From an uncultured Chloroflexia bacterium (GTDB lineage: Bacteria; Chloroflexota; Limnocylindria; Limnocylindrales; CSP1-4): a stretch of 64,000 nt of DNA. The translations under genes and the position numbers were made by a program. The notes under the pieces were generated by a model, which had not been told where the DNA came from, did not search any database, and saw only the letters and a list, made by a program, of their open reading frames with translations. The stretch covers positions 544,001-608,000 of the forward strand of contig CAVVYR010000007.1 in assembly GCA_963752475.1 (NCBI GenBank). The letters run 5' to 3'. This document shows, in pieces, positions 59,875-64,000 of the stretch. Position 1 is the stretch's first letter. Every line of letters begins with the position of its first letter.

Positions 59875-60282
59875 CTACTCGACGGGTGCGCCGGCGCGGG
59901 CGAGGTCGGCGAGGCCACCGGCGTCGGCGATCTCCTCGATGTCGATGTCTTCCATCTGGGATGCGGCCTGGGCACTGCGGTTGCCGGATCGGCAGTAGAG
60001 GAGATACGGCTGCTCGGGATCGAGGTCCGCGATGCGCTCGGCGAAGTCAGCGCCGTTCACGTCGATGTTGAGCGCGCCTACGATGTGTGCCTCGTCGTAT
60101 TCGGCAGGCGTGCGCACGTCGATGATCATGTGCTCGCCGGCCTCGATGAGGTCGACGGCTTCGTCGGCACTTACGGTGTATGCGCCCGGCACCTCCGAGG
60201 AAGCGTCGCCCGAGTCGCAGGCAGTGATGGCGAAGACGGCGACGAGCGCGAGAACGGCGAGGATGAGCAAACGGCGTGACAT
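59875..60282 (-). CDS. rhodanese-like lipoprotein
   Basis: Lipobox ITAC after a hydrophobic leader; IDVRTPAEY..HI.GA, YCRSGNRS. Confidence 0.9.
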   Translation of the reverse strand: MSRRLLILAVLALVAVFAITACDSGDASSEVPGAYTVSADEAVDLIEAGEHMIIDVRTPAEYDEAHIVGALNIDVNGADFAERIADLDPEQPYLLYCRSGNRSAQAASQMEDIDIEEIADAGGLADLARAGAPVE

Positions 60283-60527
60283 GTGAGTCCCCAAGGGTGG
60301 TCGGATTCGTTTCGTGGCTCCTATCATTCCACTAGTTGCGCAATCACGCAAATAGTGGTCGGACGCGCCCGTGCGGTGGCGATTCGGTGTGCTGGTGCGC
60401 TAGCGGTTCGGAGTGGCAGCACTCGGGATCGGGTCGCCTTCCCGGGTCGTGCGTTGGGTTCGCAGAGTCTGTCGGGGCTGGTTGGGACGAGGTTGCCCAA
60501 GGGCGAGAGACCTGCACAGCCGTGCCA

Positions 60528-62014
60528 CTACGAGCCGAGTCGGTCGAGCGCGCTGGGCAGTTGGAGGCGAACGTTGTTCGCTCTCTGCCGCCGTGGAGTC
60601 CATGAATGCGTGGGTTCTCGTGAGGTCGCGGTCGGCCGTTGCCCGAGAGGTGAAGTCGACCTGAGCCGTGTACCGATGGGCGAAGTCGAGTACCGCAACG
60701 AGCGCGTGGAAGTTGCCGCTGTTCGTCGCGTTCTTGAGCGCACTCAGGTACTCCCCACGGAACACCGTGGGGATGATGATCGGTATCTGCTGAGCCGCGA
60801 CCAGCTCTGCGTTCATCATCACACGCGCCACCCGGCCGTTCCCATCGAGGAAGGGGTGGACCTCAGAGACGAGGAACATCATGTACGCGGCACGCGCGAA
60901 CGCGTCTGCCAGCCCGCTCGCGAGCTCGTACCCGGCGCGTAGCGTGCCCTCGACAAGCTCCGGCGCTACGAACAGGGTCGCTCCGGCCCGATTGGCGACC
61001 GTCTTGAAGCGGCCCGGTGCCTTGTCGGGCCTGAAGCTTCATGATGCTTCGGTGTCTTGCGGTCAGGAGGTCGAGCAGCTCGTCAGCCGATCGTGGGACT
61101 TGTCGCATCTCATCGCGATCGGAGACGAGACGGTACGTGCCGAGGACGTCATGGGCGTCTTCTGGTCGGCCCTCGGGCATCTCCTCGTCGAACACGATCC
61201 GCGCTGCCTCATCGACCGTGAACTCGGTTCCCTCGATGTAGTTGGAGAAGTACGCCTCGTAGAACGGCAGGAACCGCCGCCGCTCGCGCAGGCCTTCATC
61301 ATCGGCGAGCGGCGCCGGTGCGTGTTCACTGAGCTGGGTCACACAGGCCTCGAAGAGCTCCACCCTCCGCGCGTCGTAGGCCTCGCCTCGTGCGCTGGCC
61401 TGCAGCGCGTCAGACATCTCAGGCGCCGCGGGTCCACTTGATAGTGCTGCACTGATGATGGCAGATAGCCGCTCGAACGCACGTGGACGTTCCAACAACC
61501 CTGACAGATCGCGCCCTTCATCTCGAATCCGATTGAGGCGCTCCTCGCCGTGCTGGGTGACGATGTCGACAACCCAGCGCTCGACCTCAGAGGTGGTGAG
61601 CCGACGCGAATCATCTCGCGAGAGGTTGTCGAGCATCCCGCGTGCTGGTGACGACAGATAGAATTCGTCGAGCTCGGCGTCGCCAGGCAGCGGCCCCGGT
61701 CCGCGACGCGGAAGGATGGACAGCCCGGGCAGCACATACGGCGTGCGGCGGGCATGATCGACATAGAGTCGCCCGCTGGCGTCGGGACATCCACTGCGGG
61801 CGGAAGCGTCGACGACGACTGCTCCAGGTAGCGCGTGGCCAAGGATGGCCATCCAGTTGCGGCGCACCACGATGTCGTCAGCGTCCGACGATGGGGTGTA
61901 TATGCCGTGGCCGATCCGGCGCAGACGTCCATCGTTGGCAGCGGCAGTCAGCGTCGCGTTGCGCCAGTCCGAGGCGAAGACGATGTCGGGCCAGCCATCG
62001 ATCGTGCGGGGCAC
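60528..62014 (-). pseudogene. Fic-domain protein with N-terminal wHTH (AbiEi-like), broken by two frameshifts
   Basis: LRRIGHGIY N-terminus; SNYIEG; HPFLDGNGRVAR; frame changes near 61035 and 60582. Confidence 0.8.
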
Positions 62015-62049
62015 CGGGACACTCCTGAGAGCAAGGTTTCACAGTAAAT

Positions 62050-62129
62050 CATACGCTTAGAGTTCTTATAGCGCAAGGTATCGCGTATGAACATACGCTA
62101 TAGGACACACATACGACTTCTTGCGTAAG
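62050..62129. promoter_or_regulatory. AT-rich operator-like repeat array upstream of the Fic gene
   Basis: CATACGC at 62050 and 62092, CATACGA at 62110, palindrome GCGTATG-AA-CATACGC at 62083-62098. Confidence 0.55.
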
Positions 62130-62182
62130 GTTGCGCGCCACAACTATCGTGTCGAGTGTCGCGACCTCATCCGTGGCGCGGG

Positions 62183-62459
62183 CTAGGTGAGCGACGCAGA
62201 CACGGGCGCGCGGCGCGGCGCGGGTTTCGGCATCTCGGTGATGATCGGGACGCCGACGATGAAGGCGCCGCCGCCGTTGCTGCTGTTGCCGAGTCGCCCA
62301 AGCGCAACGTGGCGAGAACGAGCGCCACAGGCACGGGCGCCTGGATCACGCGCAAGGTCATGACATAGACACGGGCACCGTGAAGGGCATTGCGCCGACG
62401 ATGACCACGAGCGTTGCCAAGAGGATGATGAGGAGCGCGACGAGCACGAAGGACTTCAC
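62183..62459 (-). pseudogene. fragmented small membrane-protein gene
   Basis: Coding-like segments in three successive frames (KSFVLVALLIILLATLVVIV / MTLRVIQAPVPVALVLA / GGGAFIVGVPIITEMPKP); AAGGAG upstream. Confidence 0.35.
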
Positions 62460-62593
62460 AGGCTCCTTCATGCCTGCCGCTTCTGCAGTGTTACATAACT
62501 TACATTATCGGAAGTGATATCACGCCGCTGGAGCGTCGGTCCTGGTGTCTGCCCTGCTGCGCGCAGCGCGATCGACCCCAGTATCGTCGGTGC

Positions 62594-63496
62594 ATGACAC
62601 CTCGTCGCACGCTGGTCGTTGCGGGTGCATTCGGCATCGACACCAACGTCTACCCCGTCGGGGACCGTGTGGGCGTGGAGATGACGTTCGCGCATACGGC
62701 GGACGGCCTCGGGGGCGCCGGCTGCTACAGCGCCCTGGCTGCGGCCGCCTTGGGTGTCTCCACGAGGGCGATCGCGGCCGTCGGTGACGATCGGTTCGGT
62801 TCCTGGATCTGCGATGAGCTGTCGGAAGCAGGGATCGCGGTCACCGCGCTACACGAGCCGAGCGGTACACACCGTAGCGTGAACATCGTCTCGGCCGACG
62901 GTTCTCGGCGCAACTTCTTCGATCCACGGGGCCCCGACGGGACCGCCGTCGACCTCGAGGCGTGTCGGGATGCTCTGGAGGGCGCCGATGCGGTGCATGT
63001 TCACCTCGATGACTGGTGTCGGCGCATCCTGCCCGTCGCTCGTGACGTCGGAGCGGTCATCTCGTGCGACTTGCAGGATGTGGCCGAGCTCGAGGATCCG
63101 TACCGGGCGGACTTCGTGGCCGCCGCTGATGTGCTGTTCATGTCCGCGGCGAACCTCGACGACCCGGCGGGGGCAGCGCTCGAGCTCGCAGCGCGTCGTG
63201 AGGGCCGGGTCGTGGTCGTCGGTGCCGGAGTGGATGGTTGCCTGGTCGCCAAGGATCGGAACGTCGAGCGCTACGCGTCGGTCGATCTGCCCGAGGCGCC
63301 GATCGTCGACACCAACGGCGCCGGGGACAACCTCGCGGTCGGCTTCCTCGCGGCGCACGTGCTCGAAGGGTTGCCGATAGAGCAAGCCGCCTCGCTGGCG
63401 CAGCTGGGCGCGCGCTGGATCTGCTCCCAGCCGGGTGATCGCAAGCAGCCGGCTACACGAGAGCTACTCGCGAGGCTCGCGAGGTCGGCGCGCTAG
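62594..63496 (+). CDS. PfkB family carbohydrate kinase
   Basis: GGAG...A.AAAALG, VGDD.FG, IVDTNGAGD. Confidence 0.92.
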   Translation: MTPRRTLVVAGAFGIDTNVYPVGDRVGVEMTFAHTADGLGGAGCYSALAAAALGVSTRAIAAVGDDRFGSWICDELSEAGIAVTALHEPSGTHRSVNIVSADGSRRNFFDPRGPDGTAVDLEACRDALEGADAVHVHLDDWCRRILPVARDVGAVISCDLQDVAELEDPYRADFVAAADVLFMSAANLDDPAGAALELAARREGRVVVVGAGVDGCLVAKDRNVERYASVDLPEAPIVDTNGAGDNLAVGFLAAHVLEGLPIEQAASLAQLGARWICSQPGDRKQPATRELLARLARSAR

Positions 63497-64000
63497 TCGG
63501 CCGCTGCCAGCACCTCGATCTCGATGGCGCCGGTGTTGCCGCCCGTCGAGGTCTCGACATCGAAGCGCAGCACCTGGGCCACGATGCCGACATCGGCGAG
63601 CCCGCTGAACGGTTCGTCGGCCATGAACGAGCCGTACTCGACGCCGTCCGCGACCACGCTGTAGCTTGCGGTCGTGGCCGAGCCATCGCTCATCGAGCGC
63701 GTCCGGAAGGTCACGTCGCCGATCGGGTGTGGCGTGCCAAGGTCGACCTCGATCCAGGCCTCGTCACCGTCGCCCTTCGACGACCACTCGGTCGTGGGAT
63801 CGCCATCGAACGCGTTCTCCGCGGCGAAGGCATCCGACCACTCGGAGCTCACGCCGGTGACCGTGGCGCCGAGAGCGAGGTTGTCCGGGCCCACGGGCGC
63901 ATCGGGCGTAGCGAAGGACATGACCTCACTGACGAAGATCGTCCCGTCGGTCGCTGTGCCCTGCAGGCGGTAGAGGTACGTCGTCGCCGGTTCGAGGCCG
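63493..64000 (-). CDS. partial FN3 + F5/8 type C (discoidin) domain protein; 5' end lies outside the window
   Basis: Frame open to the window edge: GLEPATTYLYRLQG (FN3-like), then NLALGA...NAFDGD..T.WSS...WIEVDLG...EIEV. Confidence 0.8.
   Translation of the reverse strand, partial: GLEPATTYLYRLQGTATDGTIFVSEVMSFATPDAPVGPDNLALGATVTGVSSEWSDAFAAENAFDGDPTTEWSSKGDGDEAWIEVDLGTPHPIGDVTFRTRSMSDGSATTASYSVVADGVEYGSFMADEPFSGLADVGIVAQVLRFDVETSTGGNTGAIEIEVLAAAD

Overview
High-GC bacterial chromosomal segment. Gene content and order suggest Chloroflexota, possibly Limnocylindria-like; this is inference, not tested. It is mostly a long + strand housekeeping region: DUF177-rpmF-plsX-nusB-acpP-rnc-smc-ftsY-ffh; rpsP-khpA-rimM-trmD-rplS-rnhB-yraN; rpsB-tsf-pyrH-frr-uppS-cdsA-dxr-rseP-ispG-proS; nusA-ylxR-infB-rbfA-nrnA-truB-ribF; rpsO-pnp; asd-udg-rnj-ftsK-rodZ-cinA-murC-yajQ. 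Accessory inserts are an RTX-repeat secreted protein, a sulfotransferase-like gene, a hut operon, two GT4 glycosyltransferases, and a right-end patch with a doubly frameshifted Fic gene. The standout observation is the pnp gene next to rpsO. It encodes an 865-aa PNPase with a complete DEDDh (DnaQ-like) 3'-5' exonuclease domain inserted in frame between its two RNase PH domains, and all five catalytic residues are present. Other notable signals are a GGDDS-variant ureohydrolase in the hutG position, a probable ATA start codon, several leaderless genes, clamp-binding-like tails on UDG and RNase HII, an unannotated 30-aa membrane protein, and an operator-like repeat array upstream of the Fic gene. 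No rRNA, tRNA, CRISPR array or transposase was recognised. Several start codons were re-chosen by eye from RBS, overlap and family N-termini rather than taken from the ORF track.
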